Assembly (NCBI RefSeq): GCF_006345805.1
Contig: NC_043004.1
Coordinates: forward strand, 102,238,001-102,302,000
Source of the DNA: Octopus sinensis
Lineage: Eukaryota
DNA: 64,000 bases
Direction of reading: 5' to 3'
Positions 51,406 to 63,659 of the stretch are shown here, piece by piece. The position numbers and the translations under genes were made by a program. Position 1 is the stretch's first letter. Each line of letters begins with the position of its first letter. The notes below the pieces were generated by a model, which made no database searches, had not been told where the DNA came from, and saw only the letters and a list, made by a program, of their open reading frames with translations.

Positions 51406-51726
51406 TTGGGTTCTGAGTCATTAGGTTGTGGTCATACTGGGGCATCCCTTTTAAGGATAAAGTCATTTCTTTACTTTATTGCCCTCAGGGATACGAAAAG
51501 CAAAGTTATAATATGCATGGATTTGAACTCAGAATATAAAGGTAGGTAACAAAATAGTTCTTTTGAGTTTTTTAGGTGATGCTTTTTACTGATTCTACCA
51601 ATCTAAAGACTTTTCTTGAATAGATAGTTAGGATTTGTCACAGCATATTTAGTTGTAGTTCGATACACTGTACACACATACATGTATAATACAGGTATAC
51701 ACACTATATATACATGAGTATATATA

Positions 51727-52125
51727 TCATCATCATCATTGTTTAACGTCCATTTTCTGCACTAGCATGGGTTGGACGGTTCGACCGGGGTCTGGGAAGC
51801 CAGGGGCTGCACCAGGCTCCAGTCTGATCTGGTAGTGTTTCTACAGCTGGATGCCCTTCCTAACGCCAACCACTCCGCGAGTGTAGTGGGTGCTTTTTAC
51901 GTGCCACCTGCACAGGTGCCAGGGGGGGGGGGGGGTCTGGCATCGGCTACGATCGGTTGGTGCTTTTAACATGCCACCGGCACGGAAGCCAGCCAAGGTG
52001 GCGCTGGCATTGGCCACGTTCGGATGGTGCTTTTTATGTGCCACCGGCACAGAAGCCAGTCGAGGCGGCGCTTGGCAACGGCCACGTTCGGATGGTGCTT
52101 TTTATGTGCCACCGACACAGGTATC
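51727..52125 (-). mobile_element. RTE LINE 3'UTR copy with subrepeats
   Basis: (CAT)n gtttaacgtcc...three to four ggatggtgctttttatgtgccaccggcac units. Confidence 0.8.
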
Positions 52126-52163
52126 ACAACTACTATTTCCATTGAGTATATATATATATACTA

Positions 52164-52194
<31 letters not shown>

Positions 52195-52766
52195 TATATT
52201 TATGCATACATACAGATACTATATTTTACTTGTGTATAAGTCACACAATTTTAAACTTGATTCTAACTGAAAAAACAGGTCCATTTTATACATGGAGCAA
52301 AGCTGAAACTATGTCGGCAAAACATTTAGCACCAAGATTTAACACTAAGACATGTGGTATATACACTCTGGGGTATACATGCCTAAGTATTTGATATCAG
52401 CTTTGCCTTTCGTCTTTTTGTGGTGGTAGCATTATAAAGTAAAGTGTCATTCTTTAGGGCCAGTATAATCAAATGTTCCTCCCTCCAAGTTTCTGGTCTT
52501 CGGCTTTAGTTCAAAAGTATATATTCTCGTGATTAGGGCAGTGGAAAGGTGGCAAACCTGGAGAATCGTTAGCACACCTGACGAAACTGATCAGCAGCAT
52601 TTCATCCATTTCTACATTCAGCTTTCCAGTTCTGCTGAATTTTGCCTTTCATCCTTTCAGGGTCAATTAAAATAAGTACCAGTGAAGCACTGGAGGTCAA
52701 TGTAATCAACTAGCCCTTTTCCCTCACCCCTCCCAAAAATTTCAGATTTTTGGCCTACAGTTCTTT

Positions 52767-53078
52767 CCGGACAGCAAGTAGAAACTCGGACATTGCTTAG
52801 GAAATATTTTTCATTGTTAACCTCGTATATAGTACGCACTAGGGATTTTGACCTTTAAATTTTGGGGGGGAAAATGCAGATTATACTCGAGGATTTACGG
52901 TACTCCATCAGCGATGGTTAAGCTAAATCCTACCAGTCAGTATATAGTATTTACCATTATGAGTCAATGGCTGATTCAGCAAAATGGTAATGTAAAAATT
53001 ATAAAATAATGAAGGCGACTGGGGTGGTTAGCTCGTCTGTCAGTACAAAGACATGTGCTTCTTTGCAGCTTAGAGGGG

Positions 53079-53109
<31 letters not shown>
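52767..53109 (+). repeat. Local duplicate of 56546-56898 (MITE end, flank and CA repeat)
   Basis: The same TE/flank junction occurs in both copies. Confidence 0.9.
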
Positions 53110-53111
<2 letters not shown>

Positions 53112-53689
53112 ATTAGGACAGTGGATGGCATAAGCAGGAGAGCAGTAGAAAAATGCTTTGCGGTATTTAATTATATTCCATTATGGTCTTTGGCAGTCAA
53201 CTTTGTTTCCATCCTCCTGTAGTTGATAAAAAGAAAATAGTCAAGAATTATGTGGATGGGGTGGATATAAGGAGTTGTACACTACTTGTGCTTATGGTAA
53301 ACATGCTGTTATTCTTACTCTTTTTTATTGTTTCTTTGTATTATATTATATACACAGGCATGGCTGTGCGGTAAGAAGTTTGCTTCCCAACCACATGGTT
53401 CTAGGTTCAGTCCCACTGCATGGCACCTTGTGTGACACCTGTACAATTGCTTTGGGCCAACCAAAGCTTTGTGAGTGGATTTGGTAGATATATGTGTGTC
53501 TGTATTAGTCCCCTGTCACCCCTTGACTAACAGGTGTTGACATGTTTACATCCCATAACTTAACAGTTCGGCAAAAGTATTTGATAAGTACTGGAGTTGA
53601 TTCATTCGACTAAATTCCTTCGAGGTGATGCCCCAGCATGGTCGCAGTCTTCAAGCACAGGGTTTTCAAGGTTTTTGTGAAATATTTCT

Positions 53690-53905
53690 AACTAAATATT
53701 TCTTTTTTACCCACAAGGGGCTAAACACAGAGGGGATTAAGTCGATTACATCGACCTCAGTGCGTAACTGGTACTTAATTTATCGACCCCGAAAGGATGA
53801 AAGGCAAAGTCGACCTCAGCGGAATTTGAACCCAAAACCTAACGGCAGATGAAATACGGCTACGCATTTTGCCCGGCGTGCTAACGTTTCTGCCAGTTCG
53901 CATGT
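53690..53905 (-). mobile_element. SINE family B
   Basis: tatcgaccccgaaaggatgaaaggcaaagtcgacctcagcggaatttgaac. Confidence 0.8.
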
Positions 53906-55498
53906 TTACTTATTGAAATTTGATATTTTTCATGTCATAAGATTTTACTCCAAGCTTTGAATCTGAATTTGAACTTTTCATTTGGAGCAGCTTTAGATGG
54001 ATCGACACTGAAAGGGAGCATGTGATTTGCGGGAAATTTGGATGCTATTCCTTGCCGATTCCTTTACTCACTCCTGCTTTGTTTAATACCAGAAGTATAC
54101 CTTATGTTCTCGAAAGAATTGGAGGATAGATTTTACTGGTAAGGCCAAGCAAAACGTGACTGACAGGTAGACCATAAGTAAGATGATTGAATAATATCCA
54201 TAACCTCAGTTGTTCACATTAGAGGATCCAGCCAAAACATTTGCAGACGGTTGCTTTTGAAAGAACCCTCTGAATGGTGTGTTTAAGGACTCCACATCCA
54301 CAACCTGCTCAAGAATAATGGTTTATGAAGACGGATATCAGAAAAAATCTTTCAGAATAATTATTTAGTAATCTGAAGAGGATATTGACTCCCTTTCATA
54401 AGTGAAATCCATTTATTAGAGAAAGCCCATATTGCCAGACTAAATGACTTTTAATTTCCAGACTTCAAATCCAACTGACTTGAGTTCTCTGAAAAAGGAT
54501 GTAACCCTGAGTGGAGTCGAAATACTTACAAAGTATGAATTTAAGTTATTATTTTGGCTTAGATTGGTCCTAAATGATCAGATTCATGATCAAAGACTTT
54601 CCAATCATGACCTCATCTGTTATCCTATGTGTCATTAAGTTTTAAAAACAGTGAAGAGTTGTTTGTGGGAATTTGGTTGCTATTCGACCAAATTAACTCA
54701 GCTTAGAGTCTCTAGAGTTGCCTCCCTTGAAACTTATTTCTTAGAGACCGACATAATTGGACCAGTTCGTTAAGATAAGATTTATTTAATATTAATTCTG
54801 TTATTTAAAGAATAAATTAATTCAGTATCAGTTCAATTTTTCTTCTGTGATAAAAGTCACTAAGCTATGGCTCAACACTGAAAAATAACTATATGGGAAA
54901 TACCTGATCTATCAACTTAAAAAAACCATTGAAAACAACGAATGTCTGAAAAACGTAAATTGATAAGAAAAAGAAAAAAATTAAAAACAAAAGATTAAAT
55001 TATCGAAAAAACCAATTCGACAGAAAATTTTATTTTAATGCTTATTGCTGCCAGCTCACAGCATTGTCACTGGCAACAATTATTCCGGTAACCACTAACA
55101 AAAGGGGACCGCTTTGTGGGTCGCTCACAAACATCCTCTCACCTTTTTAAAAAATGGTTAAAAACACATTAGATAGTCCTCGACTCAGTATCTGAAAATA
55201 AGATGAAATGGTCATGGTTGGAACGCTTTAATCATAGGTCTGCTTGATCAGGAAGCATCGGTGTAGTCGCTAGGTGTGCTAATAATAGTAGTTCAGCTCT
55301 CACCCCCAAATATACCCTTCTATCTTAGAATAAGGACACCACTCATTAGATAGTGTAATCTTACGTAGGCCTAAAAAGATTGAAGGGTCATGGCTGGAAC
55401 TCTTATGATCATAGTTGTTCTCTATCGAGAGTATCTTGGAGGTTAATAAATAACAAGTATTATTAACAAGGCAGTTAATAATAGTTATGAAGAGTAGA

Positions 55499-55865
55499 AG
55501 GCGGCGAGCTAGCAGAATTGTAAGTACGCAGGGTGAAATACTTAGCGGTATTTCGTCTGGTAGAAACGTTAGCACGCCAGGCGAAATGCGTAGCCGTATC
55601 TCGTCTGCCGTTACGTTCTGAGTTCAAATTCCGCCGAGGTCGACTTTGCCTTTCATCCTTTCGGGGTCAATAAATTAAGTACCCGTTGCGTACTGGGGTC
55701 GATATAATCGACTTAATCCGTTTGTCTGTCCTTGTTTGTCCTCTCTGTATTTGGCCCCTTGTGGGTAGTAAAGAAATAAGTATTTCGTCTGTCTGCCCGT
55801 TCTGAGTTCAAATTCCGCTGGGGTCGACTTTGCCTTTCATCCTTTCGGGGTCGATAAAATAAATC
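55499..55865 (+). mobile_element. tRNA-derived SINE family B (gactttgcctttcatcctttcggggtcgata domain), mosaic with repeated head
   Basis: ggcggcgagct head and gagttcaaattcc B box twice. Related copies at about 53690-53905 (-), 34440-34640 (-), 52540-52720 (+) and 14030-14235 (+). Confidence 0.8.
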
Positions 55866-56230
55866 CCTCTTGGGGTTGACGTAATTGACTATACCCATTC
55901 CCCAAAATTTCAGGCTTTGTGCTTATAATAGAAAAGATTATTAACAAGGTAGAGAAGGAGCCTCTGCGTGATCGCTTGATGAACTAGAAATAGCTGTAAA
56001 ATCTCCCTCACATCACACCCCACTGTCATGGTTCATGGGGTAAATACCCCACCTTAGGCATTCAGACATCCTCAGCATGCACTCTGCTGGTTGGCAGCAA
56101 CCCTTCCTCTACACCAAATCATCTTCAGCATCTTCCACATGTGTTAAAGGCGTCTTGGACATCGTTTATGACACTGCACGGTACTCCACTGGGCCTTGGA
56201 GCAGAAGCTGATATATACATATATATATAT

Positions 56231-56689
56231 ATAATACGCAGGGGATTTTTAGGGGGCTGTACCTCTGAAAAACCCAAACCTTGTGTATAATACGCACCCC
56301 CTTCTCTAACTTGAGTCAAGGAGGTCTATATAACGTCCTTGGTTTGCAAAACTGTATACGGTAACGTCCTTTATTATTATTGTATATATAACATAATGCA
56401 AACATGTAGCTTTTTTGTGCATTTTGTTTGCAGAAAATAAAGAAATAACAGTAATAACGATCAATAAATATTGTTTATTGCAAGTCATGGATAATTTAAG
56501 GTATTTTCGCGCCCGACACCACAAAATGCGTCTGAATAAACATTGCCGGACAGCAAATAGAAACTCGGACATTGTTTAGGAAATATTTTTCATTGTTAAC
56601 CTCGTATATAGTACGCACTAGGGATTTTGACCTTTAAATTTTTTTTTTTTGGAGGGGGGGATGCGCATTATACTCGAGGATTTACGGTA
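56231..56689. mobile_element. Tc1/pogo-like MITE, left end lost in (TA)n
   Basis: Right end tatactcgaggatttacgg|ta; internal tataatacgca subterminal repeats. Confidence 0.6.
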
Positions 56690-56865
56690 CTCCATCGCCG
56701 ATGGTTAAGCTAAATCCTACCAGTCAGTATATAGTATTTACCATCATGAGTCAATGGCTGATTCAGCAAAATGGTAATGTAAAAATTGTAAAATAAAGGC
56801 GGCGACTGGAACGGTTAGCTCGCCTGTCAGTACAAAGACATGTGCTTCTTTGCAGCTTAGAGGGG

Positions 56866-56899
<34 letters not shown>

Positions 56900-57130
56900 C
56901 GTATATCTTACACTTGTGCCTTTGCTGGTCACTAATGAGCCCAGCTCTTGATAAACATACTCGCCCGCAGATATCGCAGACCGAGCGTCCTCTGTTCGTT
57001 ACACTGGCGGGACGTTTTCGAACGGATCGCTTAAATTTTGCATGAAAAATGCATGTTTTTTTTTTCTCCGAAAACACCCATTTTTTCCTTTGCTTGTTTC
57101 CTCCGTTGGTGGCGATGACAAACGTTCCTT
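56900..57130 (-). mobile_element. RTE-BovB-like LINE 3' fragment (terminal C2H2 finger)
   Basis: RKRPA...VCDICGRVCLSRAGLISDQQRH resembles CxxCGRxCxSRIGLxSHxRxH. Confidence 0.65.
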
Positions 57131-57292
57131 TTCAATCCCATAGTTCACATACATACATACATACATACACACACACATACATACACACACATATACATAC
57201 ACACACATATACATACACACACATATACATACATACAGACATACATACACACACACAAACATACATACATACATACATACACACATACATAC

Positions 57293-57690
57293 AGGAATGG
57301 CTGTATGGTAAGTAGCTTGCTTACCAACCACATGGTTCCAGGTTCAGTCCCACTGCGTGGCACCTTGGGCAATTGTTTTCTACTATAGCCTCGGGCCGAC
57401 CAAAGCCTTGTGAGTGGATTTGGTAGATGGAAACTGAAAGAAGCCTGTCGTATATATGTATATCTATATATGTGTGTGTGTTTGTGTGTCTGTGTTTGTC
57501 CCCCTAGCATTGCTTGACAACCGATGCTGGTGTGTTTACGCCCCCGTAACTTAGCGGTTCGGCATAAAAGACCGATAGATTAAGTACTAGACTTACAAAG
57601 AATAAATCCTGGGTTCGATTTGCTCGACTAAAGGCGGTGCTCCAGCATGGCCGCAGTCAAATGACTGAAACAATTAAAAGAGTAAAGATA
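57293..57690 (+). mobile_element. SINE family A
   Basis: Full-length copy. Confidence 0.85.
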
Positions 57691-57800
57691 CACACACACA
57701 CACATACATACATACATACATACATACATATTAGAAAGAAAGTCGTATATAAGAACAGCCACGTAGCCAGCCGATTGCAACTGGGGGTGCTATCTTGATA

Positions 57801-59061
57801 CGAGGGGCGTTCAATAAGTAATGCCCCTGACCCACTTCCTATAGCAGTAGAGCAACGAAACTTGGCACAGTTATTAGTCTTTTTCTACATAGGAACCACC
57901 CAGAGTTACGCATTTCTACCATCGTTTGATGCAGCTCTGGAGACCGTTTTTGTAGAAGACCCCAGCTTGGTCCTCCAGCCTGAACGTGACTTCAGAAATC
58001 AAGGCTGCATCATCTGGGAAACGCTTTCCTTTCAAAAACAACTTCATGGCTGGGAAGAGGTGAAAATCAGAGGGTGCAAGGTCAGGAGAGTAGGGGGGAT
58101 GGGAGAGGAGTTCATAGGCGCACGCCTGTGCTTCTGATCTGGCGACACGCGAGTTGTGGACCGAGCGTTGTCCTGCAGGAGGAGGATGCCTTTGCTGATC
58201 TTGCCCAGCCTCTTGATTTTGATAGCTTCTCTTAATTTCCTCAAAAGTGAAGCATAATAGGCTCCTGTAATTGTGGTACCCTTTGCCAGGAAATCTGTCA
58301 TCACTACTCCGTCCTGGTCCAAGAAGACTGTGAGCATGACCTTGCCAGCGGAGGGCTGCACCCTTGCCTTCTTTGGAGGGGGTGAGTCACGGTTCTTCCA
58401 CTGCATTGACTGGGCTTTGGTCTCTGGAACATCGTGATGGACCCAGGTTTTATCCCGTGTAATCAGTCTTTTGAAAAATTTTGACTCATCTTCTTGGCAC
58501 ATCTCCAAATTCATCCTCGAGCACTCGACGCGTTCTTGCTTCTGGAAAGGCGTGAGCAACCTGGGAATCCATCTGGCAGACACCTTTTGCATATGCAAAT
58601 GGTCATGAATGATAGTTTCCACAGACCCGGTACTAATTATGCGTCGATTTTCCAAAATGGCAGCCTCAACTTGACGGACAGATGCCTCATCAATGGCAGA
58701 AGGGGGCGACCAGATCTGGGAGCTGTTTCCACAGAGTTCCGACCATGTTTGAATTCACGATGCCAGCGTTTTACAAGGTCATATGATGGGGCATCATCAC
58801 CATAAGTTACTTTCATTTCATCAAAAGTCTCCCGTGGTGTGCGTCCTTTCAAATACAAAAACCGAATCACTGCTCGACACTCAACAGGCTCCATTTCACA
58901 CTTGACTCAGTTCAAACACCTGTAAATCAGAAGCCACAATTAGTTCAGAGCTGTAATTTGTCACTTAATCTATAGAGATATAAATAATTGCACATACAAA
59001 ATTTCAGCTAGATCAAACAACTGCAAATGGGTCAGAGGCATTACTTATTGAACGTCCCTCG
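57801..59061 (-). mobile_element. Full-length mariner (DD34D) with frameshifted transposase (about 57874-58894)
   Basis: 34-bp TIRs with 2 mismatches, TA TSD (57799-57800, 59062-59063), 1261 bp. Motifs: HTH MEPVECRAVIRFL, WIPRLL, ITRDKTW, LLQDNAR, HPPYSPDLAPSDFHLFP. Two frameshifts and a late stop. Confidence 0.95.
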
Positions 59062-59681
59062 TAGCTGGGGGGTACTGAACAGGGGTACAGACAAAAGCTC
59101 CGACAAAAGTGTGAAAGTGGACAAAAGCCTTACATTTTTCGGTTATTTTTAAAATTTTTTTATTTCACATTTCTTGGCGACTAACCTGGTCAAAACTTCT
59201 GATATATTTCGTTTTTATTTTTAATTTACTTGTTGCAATCATTAAACTCAGGCCATGCTGGGGCATAACCTCGAAGAATTTTTAGTCGAATGTATCGACT
59301 CCAATATTTTTTTTTATGATTTTCAACAAGCACATAGTTAAGTCTAAAAGGTCTTTCTACATGCTAGAGATAACAGCCAAATCTTTAAACATTATTTTTA
59401 TATAATTTCATATAAATATCGACCATGAGGCTGACAGTGTGTCTTCTCAACAATTCGAGGATTTCGTTTTGCATTGCTGATGAGGTGTAGGTCGCAATTT
59501 TTGGAATCGTGCTGTAACATTCCATTAGTTTTGAGTCTTTCTCTAATGTGTACTGGAATAATTTCATAAAAAGACCACAAGACTACGTATTATCATCTTT
59601 CCAATAAAGATCCTGAAAAGCTTCATTTTCGTTTCCTCGAAAAGGCAATTCGCTTGCACAAAGAAAATGAACAACATCAAC

Positions 59682-61641
59682 AACATCGGTTGTCAAGCGA
59701 TGTTGAGGGGACAAACACACACACACATATATAGATATATACATATATACGACGGGCTTCTTTCAGTTTCCGTCTACCAAATCCACTCACAAGGCTTTGG
59801 TCGGCCCGAGGCTATAATAGAAGACACTTGCCCAAGGTGCCACGCATTGGGACTGAACCCAGAACCATGTGGTTCGTAAGCAAGCTACTTTATTTCATTA
59901 AGATTTGCCATAAAGGCATTACAAAGAGCAGCTTGCGGGCTGGACATATACATTGATGAGGTGATTGATGAAACAAGGATGATATTGATGAGAGAAGGCA
60001 AAAACGCCCTCCGATTTTCTGCTTCTCTAAAACATTGTTTTTTATTCCCATCAAAAACGACAATTATTGGACTTAATAGTCCATTACAAATATATATAAT
60101 AAATTATTCAATACACAGCCAATCTATAAGATCAATCCTCTTCATCGGAGCCCCCAAGCAAATGACACGCCGCCTGTAGGAAAGCCTACATCGGCAGGTC
60201 GGGCCCGGGAAAGAGGAAAGCAAAATCTTCCTTATTACAGGTCACCATGACCTCGAACAGCTCCTTCTGACTCACGACGTCCGCAGCCAGCTGCGGAGGC
60301 CAGTCTGGACAGTCTATACAAACCGAGTCCAATCGTTCTCGTCCAAGCACTTCTCGACAGGCCCTTCCCTGAGATAGAAAACGACGGGTTTCACGTCCTC
60401 CTCACGGGGAGGGACCTCAGCACGCTCTGTCAGTGGCACAATTCTCACTGACGATATGTGGGAAGAAACAAAATCTCCTCCCCTTCCAGGGGCTGGCCTG
60501 CCACAGTGCAAGCCTCCTCAGGAGTGTCGAAAAGTAGCCACACCGTGGCGTATTTGACACCCCTGGTCACATAATAATTTTTAGCTGGCAAACATTTTGC
60601 CAGCTCTTTATTAATAATGCCCTTGTCGAAGAGGGCGATGGTCTCACGCGACCTAGAATAGGTCCGTAGTACCACCGTCCTTCTCTCAAGGCTTTCAATC
60701 CATTGCTTAGGTGGGAACACCTCCCATTCTAAGGCACTTTTTGCATTTGCCATGTTTAAAAGTCAATTAAAAAGAAGAAGGAAAGTCCAAATGAATTTAC
60801 AAGTCCAAAAAGAAATAAATAAGTCAGTTCAAAAAATATGAATAAAAATAAAATTCAAAAGAAACGCAAAAGCAGCTCCAAAAAGAAAGAAAAAGAAACA
60901 GAAGGTTAGAGAAAAGAAAAACAGTTCACACAGCAAACATCAATGGCCAACAGGTACTCCTGGCCAACTTCAACAAGTTTCAATGGCAAAATACAGTAAG
61001 TTCGGGCGAAGATACGCCCCCTTTTTTTTCCAATGCAAAAACCAACAAACAGCAGCCCCCGACAGTAGGCAGAATTGCCTCGGAGCTGGGCGAAATTTAT
61101 CAACACACAAACAATTACAATTTGACAAATTACACCCAGCTCAACCGAAAACAAAACCACCTACCTCTACGGTCTTATGCTGATGTTGTTCTTTGTTCTT
61201 TCAGTTCAATATTGGACAGAGCCAACACACTCACGTCCACCTTGCAAAAACAGTCCTTGGTACTCCTTGATACTCCTGCTTTGGTACTCCCTGGTAATCC
61301 ACAGACACGAAGACAACTTTCGCAAAGAAATCAATTTTTGCGGAGGGGCTACGCCTCCTCAAAAACACAATTCTCACTGCAAAGTGAGTCTTTATAGGCG
61401 GCCACAGGCAGGCAAATGTCTGGAGCAGAGTGGAGTTTATTACTCACCAAAAAATATTAAATACAGAGCAACAAACTCCACTAAGCCATAAAAAAAATGC
61501 AACAAACGCCTACCTGTAGTCGTGCTTCCAAAATGTTCAATTTTCACGTCGCAAGACGTGACTTTCAAGCAGCATGAAAAACTGCGAACTCTTCTGTCAG
61601 TGAGGTAAGCAAGGTGCTTACCACTCAGCCACTCCTGTGCC
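59682..61641 (-). mobile_element. SINE family A (3'-truncated) inside the hAT ORF, split by the LINE (head 61641-61605, body 59890-59682)
   Basis: The head ggcacaggagtggctgagtggtaag and the body continue the family consensus across the LINE insertion. Confidence 0.8.
59891..61604 (-). mobile_element. Internally deleted non-LTR retrotransposon (about 850-nt 5'UTR, decayed ORF1-like sequence, A-rich 3' end)
   Basis: ORF 60753-60445 MANAKSALEWEVFPPKQWIESLERRTVVLRT...ILFLPTY continues after a frameshift. Flanked by 15-bp near-direct repeats from the SINE head; ends ...aatgaaataaa. The clade is not established. Confidence 0.55.
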
Positions 61642-63282
61642 GGTTATAATAACGATTTTTCCTCAGCTGATCATTTTGCAAGATTGAAGACACGGATGTT
61701 GTTGTGGATAAACGCTGTTGGTGTTCCTTCCATGTTATCATAGCTTGGATATGGGATGCAGAGTTTGTGTGCTTATTTAAACCTTTGTTTTGTTTTTTTT
61801 CCTTTGCATGATGCCAATTAGAATATCCATTTTTAATAAAACAAGTATCAGCTTGAGCAAAAGTATTAAAGTGCCGACAAGCAAAACAAAACAAGGCTAT
61901 CTTTGAAAGAGAATACTCTAACCATAAACGACCAGTATACCAGCTTGACGAGAAGTCACGGCTCTGATTTCCATAAATTTTTGGATCAAACTTTGCTAGA
62001 ACTGGCTGCACTGGTTGGCAGTCGACCTGTCCTAGATCATCCAATGAGGGTGTCAAAGACTTTGCAAGACCTCCCTTGAGCTGCGAAACTTCGTTTGCGA
62101 TTCTCTTCTGCTTAGCATTATTAGATGAATCAGATTGGAAATTCAGCAATGATTGCTTCAGTTTTCTTTCTCGGTAGTGATTCATTATTTTGGGGCACCG
62201 ATATTCGCAATAATTAATTCTAAGGTTGAATATCGTAGTAAGAGTAACAATTTCTTAAAATTTATATATTTTAAAATTAAACTCGAAAGAGATTTTGGTT
62301 CAAGCAATTCTTTTTTTTTTTTCAATTTTTTCAAAGTTACGCTTATTAGTTAAACACAAAATAATTTCAGTATAAACTTTGTTCAAAGAGTAAGAAAAAT
62401 TATTCAGTGAAAGTTCTCACCTGAAAAATACTTTCTCAATGTATATTTTGGAAAATTTCAAAAGTTTTCTTTCTTTTTTCGCGAATAATAAATCCTTTCT
62501 GATTAGTAGAATATACGTGTGTAGTGATGCGTTTACTACCATAAATCTCTAACTACAGCAACAAAGACAATCACGAGCACCACAACAACAACAATAAGAA
62601 CATCTGACCCAGCATCACCCACTCCTTTATTCAACCCACAGTTGATGACTGGGTCAGCAGCCAATTTTGCGACAACAATTACAGCTACAACAAACACTTT
62701 GGGACTAGCTCTAATTTACCCACATTTTCATATCACTAACTACTAAATCAAAAGAAATTCAATTTATTGCATCTTTAGCGACTTCAGATATTGTTTATAA
62801 AACAAATTCTCATACTGGGGTGGAGGGGCTGAGATTCTAACTGGAGGTACTAAGCACTCCATAGCCCCCAACCCTAGCTACGTGCCTGTATAAGAATAGA
62901 CAACAAACTCTATCAAGGTTTGAATTGGAGTAACCGTTAATTTTAAGTAACCTCAGCACATTTGAGCTCTTTTGAATACGAAAAACGCCGTAAATTTACT
63001 TCACTAGCCGACCACATACACTACCTTAAAGAACAGAGTATTCCATACGATATAATTTGGTCTATTATTGACGCTGACCAGGACCAAAATGATATGTTTT
63101 GGCTATGCTTGAAAAAATCTCTGTAAATACCATCACAAAACCCAGCACAATTATTAAAACACTCAACATAAAGTGTTCTTCTCTTGTGCTCATAAATTCT
63201 TTAAGACATTTAGATTTTACCACATCAAAATGCAGTAAGATGGGTCCTCCTGTATAATTTTCTTACACATTACTTTCACTTA

Positions 63283-63657
63283 TGAGGTGCATTCAAAACG
63301 TATCGGACTATATTTTTCTTGCCAAAACTAATGCCTTGTAGGCAAAATCCTTTGGGCAGGAGGCGACGCCACCCTTCCTGCGCACGCGCGAAAATTTCCG
63401 CTTCTGTTCCCGGCTGTTAGGCCTAGAGTACAGATTTGTAGTGCGTGCTCGTTAGATTTTCGTTTTCATCAAACGCATTAGAGATATGCATCAAGTTTCG
63501 CTAAAAGCTTCGTGATACTCAAACTCAAACCATCCAGAAGATTCAGTAGGTCTTTGGGGATGATGCCATCGACAAATCTCTGATCAAAGAGTTATTACAA
63601 CCGCTTCAAACACAGCCGCACCTCAGTTGAGAGCGAGGCACGTTCAGGAGCCGAAAT
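63283..63657 (+). pseudogene. Mariner left end with decayed HTH-coding fragment
   Basis: TA|tgaggtgcattcaaaacgtatcggac TIR-like end; CIKFR*KLRDTQTQTIQKIQ*VFGDDAIDKSLIKE/YYNRFKHSRTSVESEARSG. Confidence 0.75.
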
Positions 63658-63659
63658 GA

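Larger units (their letters stand above)
57756..62888 (-). mobile_element. hAT DNA transposon (ZMYM1/TTF-zinc-finger, DUF4371-type transposase remnant) with nested insertions
   Basis: TIRs CAGCCACGTAGCCAG / CAGGCACGTAGCTAG (13/15) and exact 8-bp TSD TATAAGAA at 57748-57755 and 62889-62896. Transposase pieces at 62185-61642 (WLEYS...LFCFACRHF...NW) and about 59680-59385 (VDVVHFL..ELPF...ATYTSSAMQNEIL). Confidence 0.9.

Noticed and set aside
56040-56210. Possible further LINE fragment (CHKRC...TCGRC-like words)
   Set aside because: Too short and frameshifted to assign without a search.
61625-62185. 186-aa ORF as a host ZMYM1-like zinc-finger gene
   Set aside because: It lies within hAT TIRs and TSDs, is interrupted by a SINE, and its continuation has stops and frameshifts, so it is a transposase remnant.
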